A stretch of DNA of 60,024 nucleotides from Bacteroidota bacterium (GCA_051748205.1 JBNJHE010000001.1:1-60024), one strand, 5' to 3'. Counted from the first letter of the stretch, positions 19,282 through 30,247 are shown. Notes: generated by a model from the letters alone, not told the origin. Program-made: numbers and translations.

Positions 19282-19776
19282 ATGGGACTCGTAACACCCG
19301 ATCTTGGACTCATTGTTTGGATGACCCTGGCATTTTTGATTGTACTATGGGTTTTGGGCAAGTATGCCTGGATACCAATCATGAATTCATTGAAAAAAAG
19401 AGAACAAACCATCGATCAAGCGCTTCATCAGGCCGATAAAGCCCGTGAAGAGATGAAAAATCTTAAAGCAGGTAATGAAAAACTTTTACAAGAAGCCAAA
19501 ATCGAACGGGAACAAATTCTGAAAAAAGCGCGGCAATCGGCTGATAAAATTATTGAAGAAGGCAACCATACTGCCCGGCTGGAATCGGGTCGTATACTCG
19601 AAGATGCAAAAAAGCAAATTCATTTTGAACGCATGGCGGCAATGACTGATCTGAAAAATGAAATCGCCACCCTGTCTATTGAAATTGCTGAAAAAGTGCT
19701 TCAACAGGAGCTTTCTCATAAAGATAAGCATCAGGAATTGATCCGGCAACAGCTTGAAAAAGTTAAATTCAATTAA
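19282..19776 (+). CDS. atpF: F0F1 ATP synthase subunit b
   Basis: A single N-terminal TM helix, a long charged helix and its position in the operon. Confidence 0.9.
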   Translation: MGLVTPDLGLIVWMTLAFLIVLWVLGKYAWIPIMNSLKKREQTIDQALHQADKAREEMKNLKAGNEKLLQEAKIEREQILKKARQSADKIIEEGNHTARLESGRILEDAKKQIHFERMAAMTDLKNEIATLSIEIAEKVLQQELSHKDKHQELIRQQLEKVKFN

Positions 19777-20339
19777 TGATGATAAACATTCCAAAAGTTG
19801 GCAAACGATATGCTAAAGCTCTCTTTAGCTTTGCGCTGGAGCAAAACGAACTGGAACAGGTGAAGGATGATATGAGTCTGATTCATAATACCATTGAACA
19901 AAGCCGGGAACTGCAGCTGTTGTTGAAAAATCCCTTATTGCCACACAAAAAGAAAAAATCCCTTATCAAAGCTATTTTTGAATCTCATGTTGGCAAAACA
20001 GTGCTGACCTATTTGATGATTATCCTGCAAAGGAACAGGGAAGTCTATATTCGCGACATTGCAACGCAGTTTGTCGTTTTCTATAAAGAGTATAAAAATA
20101 TTAAAACAGCTTATCTGGCTACTGCTGCTGAAGTGAAGGACGATATCCGCCAAACAATTGTTCAAACCTTAAAGGAGCAGTTGAATGCCGATATTGAACT
20201 TGTGGAAGAATTGCAGCAGGAATTGATCGGAGGCATTGTGCTGAAGGTTGACGATCAGGAAATAGACATGAGCCTGAAGAAAAGACTTAATGACTTGGCC
20301 AGAGAATTTCAGTATAATCTCTATCAGGGAAAAATTTAA
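19776..20339 (+). CDS. atpH: F0F1 ATP synthase subunit delta (OSCP)
   Basis: RYAKALF N-terminus, GGIVLKVDDQEIDMS C-terminal motif and its position in the operon. Confidence 0.9.
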   Translation: MMINIPKVGKRYAKALFSFALEQNELEQVKDDMSLIHNTIEQSRELQLLLKNPLLPHKKKKSLIKAIFESHVGKTVLTYLMIILQRNREVYIRDIATQFVVFYKEYKNIKTAYLATAAEVKDDIRQTIVQTLKEQLNADIELVEELQQELIGGIVLKVDDQEIDMSLKKRLNDLAREFQYNLYQGKI

Positions 20340-20360
20340 ACGCGCTAAAAAACAAAGATT

Positions 20361-21953
20361 ATGGCAGAAATAAAACCAGCTGAAGTATCAGCCATTTTGA
20401 GAAAAGAATTGAGTGGGTATGATCAACAGGATCAACTGGAAGAAGTAGGAAGTGTTCTGGAAGTTGGCGATGGAATTGCCCGTATTTATGGTCTTGGCAA
20501 TGCCGAATCCGGAGAGCTTCTGGAGTTTACCAAAACCGGTTTAAAAGCCACTGTGCTTAACCTCGAAGAGGATAATGTCGGAGCCGTATTGTTGGGAAGT
20601 GCCAATGAAGTGATGGAAGGCGACAAAGTGAAACGTACCGGACATATTGCATCAATCAAAGTGGGCGAAGGATTGCTGGGGCGTGTTATTAACACCCTGG
20701 GAGAACCCGTTGACGGGCGAGGCCAGATTGAAGGTGAACGCTTTGACTTGCCTCTGGAACGAAAAGCCCCCGGGGTAATCTACCGCCAGCCAGTAAAAGA
20801 ACCCCTGCAAACCGGAATCAAAGCCATTGACTCCATGATTCCCATTGGACGTGGTCAACGGGAATTGATTATCGGCGATCGTCAGACTGGTAAAACAGCT
20901 ATTGCTATTGATACCATTATAAATCAAAAAGAGTTTTACGACAGGGGCGAACCCGTCTATTGTGTATATGTTGCTGTTGGACAAAAAGGCTCAACTGTGG
21001 CACAGATTGTGGAAGTATTGCGTGAAAAAGGAGCATTAGATTACACAGTTATTGTATCAGCTACTGCTGCTGATCCTGCTGCCATGCAGTTTTATGCTCC
21101 CTTTGCAGGTGCTTCTATAGGGGAGTTTTTTCGGGATACCGGACGACATGCTCTGGTGATTTATGATGACCTTTCAAAACAAGCTGTTTCTTATCGAGAG
21201 GTTTCCTTGCTGCTGCGCCGGCCTCCAGGACGTGAAGCCTATCCTGGTGATGTGTTTTACCTGCACTCCCGCCTGCTGGAGCGGGCCGCCAAAATCATCG
21301 AATCGGATGAGGTGGCCAGGCAAATGAATAATATTCCCGAGGCCATCAGGGATAAGGTTAAAGGGGGAGGATCGCTTACCGCCCTTCCTATTATCGAAAC
21401 ACAAGCCGGGGATGTCTCATCTTATATCCCTACCAATGTTATCTCTATTACCGATGGGCAGATCTTTCTGGAATCCGATTTGTTTAATGCCGGTGTCCGT
21501 CCCGCTATTAATGTTGGTATTTCTGTTTCACGTGTCGGTGGTAGTGCCCAGATTAAAGCTATGAAAAAAGTTGCCGGTACTCTGAAATTGGACCAGGCAT
21601 CTTTTCGTGAGCTGGAAGCCTTTGCGAAATTTGGCTCTGACCTGGATGCTGCAACCAAAGCAGTACTTGAAAAGGGACAAAGAAATGTGGAAATACTCAA
21701 GCAACCGCAATATTCTCCTGTAGTTGTTGAAAAACAAATCGCCATTATCTATGCCGGAACTAACAACCTGATGAAAAAGGTTGCTGTCAATAAAATTAGA
21801 GATTTTGAAATAGCATACCTTGGTGTATTAGAGGAAAATCATCGCGCGGATGTCCTCGATAAATTGAAATGTGGTGATTTAAATGATGAGGTGAAGGCAA
21901 TCCTGGAAAAAGTAGCCAGCGAAGTGGCAGCTACATATCAAAAAAAAGACTAA
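20361..21953 (+). CDS. atpA: F0F1 ATP synthase subunit alpha
   Basis: P-loop GDRQTGKT, plus [27 protein letters not shown]. Confidence 0.97.
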   Translation: MAEIKPAEVSAILRKELSGYDQQDQLEEVGSVLEVGDGIARIYGLGNAESGELLEFTKTGLKATVLNLEEDNVGAVLLGSANEVMEGDKVKRTGHIASIKVGEGLLGRVINTLGEPVDGRGQIEGERFDLPLERKAPGVIYRQPVKEPLQTGIKAIDSMIPIGRGQRELIIGDRQTGKTAIAIDTIINQKEFYDRGEPVYCVYVAVGQKGSTVAQIVEVLREKGALDYTVIVSATAADPAAMQFYAPFAGASIGEFFRDTGRHALVIYDDLSKQAVSYREVSLLLRRPPGREAYPGDVFYLHSRLLERAAKIIESDEVARQMNNIPEAIRDKVKGGGSLTALPIIETQAGDVSSYIPTNVISITDGQIFLESDLFNAGVRPAINVGISVSRVGGSAQIKAMKKVAGTLKLDQASFRELEAFAKFGSDLDAATKAVLEKGQRNVEILKQPQYSPVVVEKQIAIIYAGTNNLMKKVAVNKIRDFEIAYLGVLEENHRADVLDKLKCGDLNDEVKAILEKVASEVAATYQKKD

Positions 21954-21983
21954 ATTCTCTTATCACTTGAATAATCTGGTGTT

Positions 21984-22874
21984 ATGGCTAATTTAAAAGA
22001 AGTTCGAAATCGCATTACCTCTGTGAAAAGTACACAGCAGATTACCAGTGCTATGAAAATGGTGTCCGCGTCTAAGCTTAGAAAGGCACAATATGCGATT
22101 CAGAAAATGCGACCATACGATCACAAACTGCAGCAAATCTTGCTACATATAGCCGAAGATATGAATCAGAAAAAAACACAAAGTGTTTTTTCAGAACAGC
22201 GTGAAGTGACAAACGTACTGCTGATTGTTATGTCTTCAAACCGCGGACTGTGTGGTGCCTTTAATTCAAATGTGATGAAAACAGCCGAAGCACGCATTGA
22301 AGAAGCCTTTAGCGAACAAAAAGCCAACGGAACACTGGATATTTTTGCCCTGGGAAAGAAAGCCTTTCAGTACTTTCGTAGAACTGAATATAACATGGCC
22401 GGATGCAACGAAGACCTGATTGAAAAACCAGCGTTCGAACCCTTGCGCGAATTGGCTGAATCGTTTATGGAGCAGTTTGCTCATAAACAATACGATCGTA
22501 TAGAAGTTGTGTACAACCGCTTTAAAAATGCTGCTAATCAAATACTAACTGTTGAGCAGTTTTTGCCTGTGGTGGATGTGAAAAATGATGAAGACCAGAA
22601 AAACAAAGCTGAAATTGAATACTTGTATGAGCCAGACCAGGAAACTATCCTGCGCGAACTGCTGCCTAAAACCTTAAAAGTGCAGTTATATAAAATGCTT
22701 CTGGATTCATATACTGCTGAACAAGGAGCTCGTATGACAGCCATGCATCAAGCTACGGATAATGCTATAGAACTCTTGCGTGATCTTCGGCTTGCCTATA
22801 ATAAAGCCCGTCAGGCTTCTATTACTAATGAGCTGATCGAAATTACCAGCGGTGCCGATGCCCTCAGAAGCTAA
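21984..22874 (+). CDS. atpG: F0F1 ATP synthase subunit gamma
   Basis: N-terminal LKEVRNRITSVKSTQQITSAMKMVSASKLRKAQ and C-terminal ITNELIEITSGADAL. Confidence 0.95.
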   Translation: MANLKEVRNRITSVKSTQQITSAMKMVSASKLRKAQYAIQKMRPYDHKLQQILLHIAEDMNQKKTQSVFSEQREVTNVLLIVMSSNRGLCGAFNSNVMKTAEARIEEAFSEQKANGTLDIFALGKKAFQYFRRTEYNMAGCNEDLIEKPAFEPLRELAESFMEQFAHKQYDRIEVVYNRFKNAANQILTVEQFLPVVDVKNDEDQKNKAEIEYLYEPDQETILRELLPKTLKVQLYKMLLDSYTAEQGARMTAMHQATDNAIELLRDLRLAYNKARQASITNELIEITSGADALRS

Positions 22875-22929
22875 GCCTGAACATTAGACGACTTGTTTTG
22901 TTTAGAAAGTAAATTTAAAATCTAGTATT

Positions 22930-23442
22930 ATGCTATCAGAAAAAATGCAAAAAATGCTTAATGAGCAGATTAACAAAGAGCTATGGTCTGCTTATTTGTA
23001 TCTTTCCATGTCAGCTTATTTTGAAGAGCAAAACCTTCCCGGCTTTGCCAACTGGATGCGTGTGCAATCACAGGAGGAAGTTACTCATGGAATGAAAATT
23101 TTTGACTATGTCAATGAACGTGGTGGACGTGTGTTGCTTCAACCTATTAGCGAAGTCCCTTCGGAATGGAATGATACAAAGACTATCGTGGAAGAAACCC
23201 TGAATCACGAAAAGGTTGTATCTCAATCTATCTATAACCTTGTTGACCTGGCTATAGAAGAAAAAGACCACGCTACCAATAATATGCTGCAGTGGTTTAT
23301 CAAAGAACAGGTTGAAGAAGAAGCCAGCGTTGATGAGCTGCTTGGGAAAGTGGAAATGACCGAAGGTAAGCCTCATGCTATTATGATGATTGACAAAGAA
23401 CTGGCCGGACGTCAGTTTGTGGATGAAACCAAAGAAGAGTAA
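22930..23442 (+). CDS. ftnA: Ferritin (non-haem)
   Basis: The ferroxidase-site pattern E..Y..(QEE..H)..E matches the bacterial ferritin layout. Size is about 170 aa. Confidence 0.9.
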   Translation: MLSEKMQKMLNEQINKELWSAYLYLSMSAYFEEQNLPGFANWMRVQSQEEVTHGMKIFDYVNERGGRVLLQPISEVPSEWNDTKTIVEETLNHEKVVSQSIYNLVDLAIEEKDHATNNMLQWFIKEQVEEEASVDELLGKVEMTEGKPHAIMMIDKELAGRQFVDETKEE

Positions 23443-23448
23443 AACTTT

Positions 23449-24360
23449 TTAGAAGAAGAAAAAGGCGACTCCGCCTACGGCTACAAAAGCGCCAATGATT
23501 TCGCGCAGGGTCACTTTTTCTTTAAAAATCAGTACAGAAGGCAGGATGATGATTACTGGTGTGAGAGACATTAAGGTTTGAGCAATTCCGGCAGAGGTAA
23601 ACTTAACGGCAACCAGCGATAGCGTTACGCCAAGGAATGGTCCGAAAAAAGCCCCTCCGGAGGTAAACAACATGCCTTTTCCATTTTTCAGCGCAGCAAA
23701 TACTTTGTGCCATCTTTTCATAAAGAAGAAGACAATCATAAAACCGATGGCACCAGCCATAACGCGGATGTGTGTCGAGGCCACCACATCATAATCCATC
23801 ATGCCTTTTTTGCTAAGTACCAGGCCGATGGCCTGTCCAGTGGCTCCGCCAAAGGCCAGTAACAAGCCCAAAGGATTTGTAAACCAGTCTTTCAGGCGGG
23901 CTTTCTTTCCGTCCACAGTTTTTACCGGCCTGTTTAATACCACCATCATAATCCCGGACAAGGTGATGGCCATGCCCATAATAGCTTTTATATCCATTGT
24001 TTCTCCAAGAATAAGCCATCCGCCAATAGCTGCTATTGGTGGCGAGAGAGCCATTACCAACATGGATATTCTGGCTCCTACAACTACAAAAGCCTGAAAC
24101 AATAATAAGTCGCCAATGGTAAAACCGATAATACCAGATAAAGCTAGCCAGAGCAGGTTATGCATGCTTGCATCCATGGGTAAAAACAAACCACGGCTTA
24201 TCCAGTTTACGGTTCCCAGCAAGGCAAAAGCCATAACCAAACGGATTAAATTGACCGATAGCGAACCAATTCTTTTTCCTGCTGCTTCGAAAAACATGGA
24301 AGTGGCTGTCCAGCAAATGGCTGTTGCAACTCCGGCTATTTCCCCATAGTATTGTTCCAT
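23449..24360 (-). CDS. DMT superfamily (EamA-like) transporter
   Basis: Ten predicted TM helices arranged as two EamA-like halves. Confidence 0.8.
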   Translation of the reverse strand: MEQYYGEIAGVATAICWTATSMFFEAAGKRIGSLSVNLIRLVMAFALLGTVNWISRGLFLPMDASMHNLLWLALSGIIGFTIGDLLLFQAFVVVGARISMLVMALSPPIAAIGGWLILGETMDIKAIMGMAITLSGIMMVVLNRPVKTVDGKKARLKDWFTNPLGLLLAFGGATGQAIGLVLSKKGMMDYDVVASTHIRVMAGAIGFMIVFFFMKRWHKVFAALKNGKGMLFTSGGAFFGPFLGVTLSLVAVKFTSAGIAQTLMSLTPVIIILPSVLIFKEKVTLREIIGAFVAVGGVAFFFF

Positions 24361-24377
24361 GTGCTAAAGGCTAAGGT

Positions 24378-24944
24378 TTATTCTTTTTCTTGTTCAATAA
24401 GCTTCACCAGTTTCTGATACCATTCTTTGCCGTATTTCCTCAGCAGTGCATCTTTGGTGAATTTGTATAACGGAATGCCGTGGTGGCGACCTTTATATCG
24501 TGCTGGATCGCAAATGTCCCAATGATGATAGTTCACCGCATCACGATTGTTGAACGTGGAAATGCGAATGGGATAAAGATGACAGGATACTGGTTTGCGA
24601 AACGATATCTTGCCTTCCTTCCAGGCCTTTTCTATGGCACAAAAGGCAATGTCGTTTTCAAAATATACAAATGCACATTCCTGATGATTTACCAGGGGAG
24701 TAACAAAGGTGCCGTCTTCATCATAGTCAATCATTCCGTTTTCTTCTATCACCTGTATGCCTTCTTTGCGCATAAAAGGTTTGATAGTATCAAATATCTC
24801 TTCTAAAATTCCAACTTCCCCGTCTTCCAAAGGAGCACCAGAATCTCCAAGTACACAACAGTTCCCTTTGCATTTCGACAAATCACAGCAAAACTTTTCT
24901 TCTGCTAAAAAGTCTGAAACCAATACATCATCAATTACAATCAT
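24378..24944 (-). CDS. DUF3109 family Cys-rich protein
   Basis: KFCCDLSKCKGNCCVLGDSGAPL N-terminal cysteine cluster and a size of about 190 aa. Confidence 0.65.
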   Translation of the reverse strand: MIVIDDVLVSDFLAEEKFCCDLSKCKGNCCVLGDSGAPLEDGEVGILEEIFDTIKPFMRKEGIQVIEENGMIDYDEDGTFVTPLVNHQECAFVYFENDIAFCAIEKAWKEGKISFRKPVSCHLYPIRISTFNNRDAVNYHHWDICDPARYKGRHHGIPLYKFTKDALLRKYGKEWYQKLVKLIEQEKE

Positions 24945-24961
24945 CTGCTAAAATTTTGCGC

Positions 24962-24969
24962 CAAAAATA
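24962..24969 (-). promoter_or_regulatory. Bacteroidota-type -7 box (TAnnTTTG on the minus strand)
   Basis: The plus strand reads caaaaata (TATTTTTG on the minus strand), 18 nt upstream of the ATG at 24944. Confidence 0.4.
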
Positions 24970-25034
24970 ATGGTTTTTTAATAGCAGGATTCAAACATTA
25001 TGAGCTTTGTCCTGAAGTACCGGGCATAGTCAAA

Positions 25035-25292
25035 TTAACTACCGGAGGATGTTATTGCAACATAGCTGGCAGTTGCTCCGGCAATTGCTGATTGTACTTC
25101 CTCTATACTTTTGCTTACATCATTGCTCAATTCATTTTCTTTCACACGTTTCTTAAGTCGCTTTCGGATTTCTTTGTTCGGAATATCATCGGTATACAGG
25201 ATCTTCTGAATGTTGCTGGCTATGATCAGGCCCAATAGTGTGGATTCTCTTGAGGATAACTTTCTGTCGCTCATTATATTATTGAAATGCAT
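25035..25292 (-). CDS. Small hypothetical protein (possible; may start at an internal Met)
   Basis: An 85-aa ORF in an otherwise empty gap, with an amphipathic, charged composition. I recognise no motif. Confidence 0.35.
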   Translation of the reverse strand: MHFNNIMSDRKLSSRESTLLGLIIASNIQKILYTDDIPNKEIRKRLKKRVKENELSNDVSKSIEEVQSAIAGATASYVAITSSGS

Positions 25293-25372
25293 TTGCGGGG
25301 TTATTATTTTAAAAAGGCAGCGGAGCGGTAGCGTGGTTTTTATTATTTTCGCATCTTAAAATACAGCTAAAA

Positions 25373-26377
25373 ATGGAAAAAATTGTCAGCGGCATACGGC
25401 CAACCGGAAATCTGCATCTGGGGAATTATTTTGGTGCGGTGAAAAATTTTCTGCGTTTGCAACAGGAGCATAACTGCTATTTTTTTATTGCAGATTATCA
25501 TTCATTGACGACACATCCCACGCCAGAAAATCTTACTGACAGTGTGAAAAATGTGTTGGTAGAATATCTGGCTTGTGGCCTGGACCCGGAAAAAGCAACA
25601 ATTTACCTGCAAAGCGATGTACAGGAAGTAGCGGAGTTATATCTGCTATTGAACATGAATGCATATTTGGGAGAGCTTCAGCGTGTAGCTTCTTTCAAGG
25701 AAAAAGCACGGATGCAACCCAATAATGTGAATGCCGGTTTGCTTACCTATCCTGTGCTGATGGCTGCTGATATCCTGCTTCACAAAGCTTCTAAAGTGCC
25801 GGTAGGCAAAGATCAGGAACAACACCTGGAGATGACGCGTAACTACGCCAGGCGATTTAATAATTTGTACAAAACAGATTATTTTCTGGAGCCCGAAGCA
25901 TTTAACTTTGGAGAGCAACTGGTGAAGGTTCCCGGCCTGGATGGATCCGGGAAAATGGGGAAATCTGAAAGTGGAAATAATGCAATCTTCTTGTCGGATG
26001 ACTTGAAAAAAACCCGGAAAAAGATTATGAGAGCGGTGACGGATTCCGGACCGAATGAGCGGAATCAGCAAAAATCACAAGCTGTTCAAAACCTTTTTGA
26101 TTTGCTGAAGATTGTTTCGAGCCCTGATGTTGTTGCTAGTTTTGATGAGCAATACAACCAGGGAATAATCCGATATGGCGATTTAAAAAAGCAATTGGCC
26201 GATGATGTTATTCATTTTATCGAACCGATTAAGAATAAAATTGATGCATTGCATCAGGATGAGGCTTATCTGCAAAAAGTCTTGAATCAGGGTGCAGAGC
26301 GAGCTCGCGAAAGTGCAGGCAGGACAATACGCGAAGTCAGAGATATTATTGGATTTCACAACAGACCATTATTATGA
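25373..26377 (+). CDS. trpS: Tryptophan--tRNA ligase
   Basis: The class I signatures are GNLHLGNY (HIGH) and KMGKS (KMSKS). Confidence 0.95.
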   Translation: MEKIVSGIRPTGNLHLGNYFGAVKNFLRLQQEHNCYFFIADYHSLTTHPTPENLTDSVKNVLVEYLACGLDPEKATIYLQSDVQEVAELYLLLNMNAYLGELQRVASFKEKARMQPNNVNAGLLTYPVLMAADILLHKASKVPVGKDQEQHLEMTRNYARRFNNLYKTDYFLEPEAFNFGEQLVKVPGLDGSGKMGKSESGNNAIFLSDDLKKTRKKIMRAVTDSGPNERNQQKSQAVQNLFDLLKIVSSPDVVASFDEQYNQGIIRYGDLKKQLADDVIHFIEPIKNKIDALHQDEAYLQKVLNQGAERARESAGRTIREVRDIIGFHNRPLL

Positions 26378-26712
26378 ACCCAGCAAAAAACTTATTGCCT
26401 GTTTTTTATTGGCTGCTACGCCTAATAATTATGTTTACGGTGTATGTGCATTTTTGGAATATTGTAAAAGTATTTGATACTTCCTCTGTTAGCTTTTTTG
26501 TGGCTGCTGCTTTTGTCTTGTTGGCCATAATGTTGATTGTTGGAGGTTTTGCTCGCAAGCATACCCTCACAATCCTTTCAGGCCTCTTGTTGGCAGCCCT
26601 TTCTGTATATCAAATGGTGCAACTGGGTTTTCAGATCGGAAAACCCCTGGCTTTTTATGGGCTTCTTGCTACAGTTGGGTTATTATTCGTAGGTGCCGGA
26701 AATAAAAAGTAA
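26374..26712 (+). CDS. Small hypothetical membrane protein
   Basis: Four predicted TM helices. The start overlaps the trpS stop (ATGA). Confidence 0.5.
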   Translation: MNPAKNLLPVFYWLLRLIIMFTVYVHFWNIVKVFDTSSVSFFVAAAFVLLAIMLIVGGFARKHTLTILSGLLLAALSVYQMVQLGFQIGKPLAFYGLLATVGLLFVGAGNKK

Positions 26713-26789
26713 TAAGCATCCCTCGATTCATTTCTTTTTTTTTTGACAAAGTGGATGTTTCATGCTATCTTTGGAGAAACTAATTCGTT

Positions 26790-27158
26790 ATGGTATCCAG
26801 AAAGCCCATTGCCCTATTTTCTGAATGGCTGTTTAAAATTTCTTTAGTCGTTTATTTTCTGTATTTAATGTTTCCCGGCGAATATTTTGATCTTTTTTGC
26901 ATGGACTTTTGGAGAGAGATATTGAATATTCTTTATTTTCTGCTTTGGATTGTAATAGCTTTGATTGTTACTTTGCCATCACAACGTGTATTTCGAATTA
27001 TTAGTTTCTTTTTGCTTGGGATATCTTCATTTTTCAAACTTTTATTAATACTTTATAATGATGGAATTCAAGGCAAAATGAGTGTTTTTATCCTTTTGTT
27101 TTTTATTTCATTTTATGAGTTAACCCGGATATATTTATACCATAAAAGCAAGAAATAA
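26790..27158 (+). CDS. Small hypothetical membrane protein
   Basis: Three to four predicted TM helices and no recognisable motif. Confidence 0.45.
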   Translation: MVSRKPIALFSEWLFKISLVVYFLYLMFPGEYFDLFCMDFWREILNILYFLLWIVIALIVTLPSQRVFRIISFFLLGISSFFKLLLILYNDGIQGKMSVFILLFFISFYELTRIYLYHKSKK

Positions 27159-27522
27159 ATTAGCATTCTACGCGTAAATGTTAGAAGGAGTCGATACTAT
27201 GATATTTTTTTGAACTTTGCAGTCCAAAAATTAATCATGCTGTTCGTGTTTTGGCATGTTGCTGGTATATTAAATGAGTTTTGCAAATGAACCGGGCCAT
27301 GACAAAAACTTTAACACACACGCATGATTAAAAAAATGAAAAGTGTATAGTTAAAAGATGCTGTGTCATGGCGAGCTCCCCCGAAAAAAAGACGGGGTAA
27401 AATCGTACCTAATTAATAAAATTTAGACAGATGAACTTATGGCGATAAGCAGCTTCACCAGGTTTAAACTTTACCTGATATGATTCAGGCATATACTTTA
27501 ATGATAAACGTTAACTAAATCT

Positions 27523-28719
27523 ATGATAGAAAAGAAGAATACTGAACAAACAGGAGAACGAGTTATTTTGGCAGGATTAATCTCTAATCGCGAGGACAAG
27601 TATCGTATTGAAGAGTATCTTGATGAGTTGGAATTTCTTGTTGAGACAGCTGGAGGCAAGGTTTATCAGCGGTTTGTTCAACAACTGCAGACACCTAATC
27701 CCGGATTGTTTATGGGCAAGGGGAAAATCATTGAAATGAGCCAATACATTAAAGAGCAAAACATAGATACTGTGGTTTTTGACGATGAGCTTTCTCCTTC
27801 GCAATTGCGCAATATTGAAAAAGAGCTGGAGTGTAAGGTGCTGGATCGTACTAATCTGATTCTGGACATTTTTGCCCGTCGCGCTCGTACTGCCCATGCA
27901 AAAGTACAGGTAGAGCTGGCTCAGTATGAGTATTTACTTCCACGGCTTACAGGTATGTGGACACACCTGTCCAAACAAAAAGGAGGCATTGGGATGAAAG
28001 GACCCGGAGAAAGGGAAATAGAAACCGACCGGCGAATTGTCAGAGATAAAATTACCAGATTGAAGCGGCGCCTGCAACAGATTGATAAACAAATGGCTAC
28101 TCAGCGAAAAAATCGCGGTAAATTGGTGCGGGTGGCTTTGGTAGGCTATACGAATGTTGGAAAATCCACCCTGATGAATCGCCTCAGCAAGTCGGATGTG
28201 TTTGCTGAAAATAAACTCTTTGCAACCCTCGATACTACCGTGAGGAAAGTTGTGGTTGGAAACCTGCCATTCCTGATTTCGGATACCGTTGGATTCATCC
28301 GCAAATTGCCGCATGGGCTGGTCGAGTCTTTTAAGTCAACCCTGGATGAAATTAGAGAAGCTGATATTATTTTGCATGTGGTTGATGTTTCCCATCCAAA
28401 TTTTGAAGAACAAATCAAAGTGGTTAATGAAACGCTGGCTGAAATCCAGGATGAAGAAAAAGATTATATCCTGCTTTTTAATAAAATGGATGCTTATCCA
28501 ACCAACGACCAGGAGTTTGAAGTACTTGTAGACCTCGATCAACAGGATTATGTCCCCCTGGATGAATTGAAACAATCATGGTTGACCGCCGAACCTTATC
28601 CGGTGATTTTTGTTTCAGCAAAGCAAAACCTAAATATGGATGAACTTAAAGAAGTACTATATCGCAGAGTAAGAGCCATTCACACTCAACGCTATCCTTA
28701 TGATGACTTTCTTTACTAG
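27523..28719 (+). CDS. hflX: GTPase HflX
   Basis: HflX N-terminal domain (LDRTNLILDIFARRA), coiled linker and G domain (GYTNVGKSTL, DTVGF, NKMD). Confidence 0.93.
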   Translation: MIEKKNTEQTGERVILAGLISNREDKYRIEEYLDELEFLVETAGGKVYQRFVQQLQTPNPGLFMGKGKIIEMSQYIKEQNIDTVVFDDELSPSQLRNIEKELECKVLDRTNLILDIFARRARTAHAKVQVELAQYEYLLPRLTGMWTHLSKQKGGIGMKGPGEREIETDRRIVRDKITRLKRRLQQIDKQMATQRKNRGKLVRVALVGYTNVGKSTLMNRLSKSDVFAENKLFATLDTTVRKVVVGNLPFLISDTVGFIRKLPHGLVESFKSTLDEIREADIILHVVDVSHPNFEEQIKVVNETLAEIQDEEKDYILLFNKMDAYPTNDQEFEVLVDLDQQDYVPLDELKQSWLTAEPYPVIFVSAKQNLNMDELKEVLYRRVRAIHTQRYPYDDFLY

Positions 28720-28854
28720 CCGGATGGTGTCCTTATTGCTATTATTGGTCTACTGATATAAAAAATATGGGTGTAAATTGTTTTTTATGACCGAGATAAA
28801 TTAATTTAGCACCGGAAAAATAGCTTGTAATTAGTGCAAGAAAAACGAATTGGT

Positions 28855-30195
28855 ATGAATATTATAATTGTTGGCGATGGTGAAGTAGGGCTGCATTTGG
28901 CTAAAATGTTTACAAATGAACGTCATAATATCACTGTAATTGATCAAAACAGGGAGATGCTGGAGCAGGTAGAGTCTAACACAGACTTGCTGACTATTGC
29001 AGGCAATGCTACATCCATAGAGATATTGAAACAGGCTAAAGTGCAGAGTGCAGACTTGTTGATCTCAGTTGTCCATGAAGAAAGAACAAATATTGTAACC
29101 AGCCTCTTAGGTAAAAAGCTGGGCGCAAAAAAGGCTATCGCCCGGGTGAATAACCCTGAATATCTGCTGGATAAAAATAAAGCCTTATTCAGAGAATTGG
29201 GCATTGATTCCGTTGTTAGCCCCGAAGGTATAGCTTCTCGTGAAATCATCAATCTGTTAAATCAAACAGCTGTAAGTGAGACATTTGAGTTTTCCCACGG
29301 AAAGCTTTCTCTCTTTCTTATTCCTCTTGCTGATGATGCTATCGTTATTGGCAAATCGCTGGTTGATATCGATCAGGAATATGGTAGTTTAGGGTTTCGT
29401 GCTGTAGCAATTCACCGCAAGGGAAAAACAATTATTCCTAAAGGGAATGATCATTTTGAAATCAATGATCAGGCTTATGTGATTTCAAAACCAGATTCTA
29501 TTAAGCAGGTGTTTGAGCTCTCAGGTCGTGAAACCTTACCCATTAAAAAGATTATGATTATTGGTGGAGGTCGAATAGGACGGTTTACAGCTAAAAAGCT
29601 GGAAGAAAAAATTTCCGTTAAGCTTATAGACAAGGATCCTAAACGATGTGAAAGTTTGTCAGATATCCTGGATAACACTCTTATCATCAATGGAGATGCC
29701 CGGGATATGCAATTATTGGAGGAAGAGGGAATCCAAAATATTGATGCCTTTATTGCTGTAAGTAATGATTCTGAAACGAATATTTTGACCTCTTTACTGG
29801 CCAAACGATACGGCGTAAAGAAGATTATTGCCCTGGTGGAAAACATCGAATATATCGATATTGCTCAAAGTATTGGTATTGATACTATCATAAACAAAAA
29901 GCTGATTACAGCTTCGTATATTACCCGTTTCACCATGGACGCGGAGGTAGCTAATCTTAAGTGTCTTAGCGGTGTCGATGCCGAAGTTTTAGAGTTTGTT
30001 GTAAAGGAAAAAACGCCCATAACCAAAAAGCCGATTAAAAAACTGCATTTTCCTGAAAATGCCATTATCGGAGGAATTATTCGCGGAGACGATAGCTTGA
30101 TTGCTACCGGAGATATTCAGATACAAAAAGATGACCGCGTGGTAGTTTTTGCCCTTCCCGAGACAATCAAAAAAGTCAATCGTTTTTTCCACTAG
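28855..30195 (+). CDS. trkA: Trk system potassium uptake protein TrkA
   Basis: Two RCK/NAD-binding halves (IIIVGDGEVG and IMIIGGGRIG). The ATG at 28855 is preferred over the GTG at 28834. Confidence 0.92.
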   Translation: MNIIIVGDGEVGLHLAKMFTNERHNITVIDQNREMLEQVESNTDLLTIAGNATSIEILKQAKVQSADLLISVVHEERTNIVTSLLGKKLGAKKAIARVNNPEYLLDKNKALFRELGIDSVVSPEGIASREIINLLNQTAVSETFEFSHGKLSLFLIPLADDAIVIGKSLVDIDQEYGSLGFRAVAIHRKGKTIIPKGNDHFEINDQAYVISKPDSIKQVFELSGRETLPIKKIMIIGGGRIGRFTAKKLEEKISVKLIDKDPKRCESLSDILDNTLIINGDARDMQLLEEEGIQNIDAFIAVSNDSETNILTSLLAKRYGVKKIIALVENIEYIDIAQSIGIDTIINKKLITASYITRFTMDAEVANLKCLSGVDAEVLEFVVKEKTPITKKPIKKLHFPENAIIGGIIRGDDSLIATGDIQIQKDDRVVVFALPETIKKVNRFFH

Positions 30196-30247
30196 GTAGG
30201 AGAATCCCTCAAAATTTTGTTATTTTGTCTTTTGAAACCGAAACATC

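Noticed and set aside
17773-22874. The atp operon lacks atpD (beta) and atpC (epsilon). This could have been a deletion or a degenerate operon.
   Set aside because: As I recall it, split atp loci with atpDC encoded elsewhere are the usual arrangement in Bacteroidota. All six genes present are intact. Ferritin follows atpG after a 55-nt gap with no remnants of other genes.
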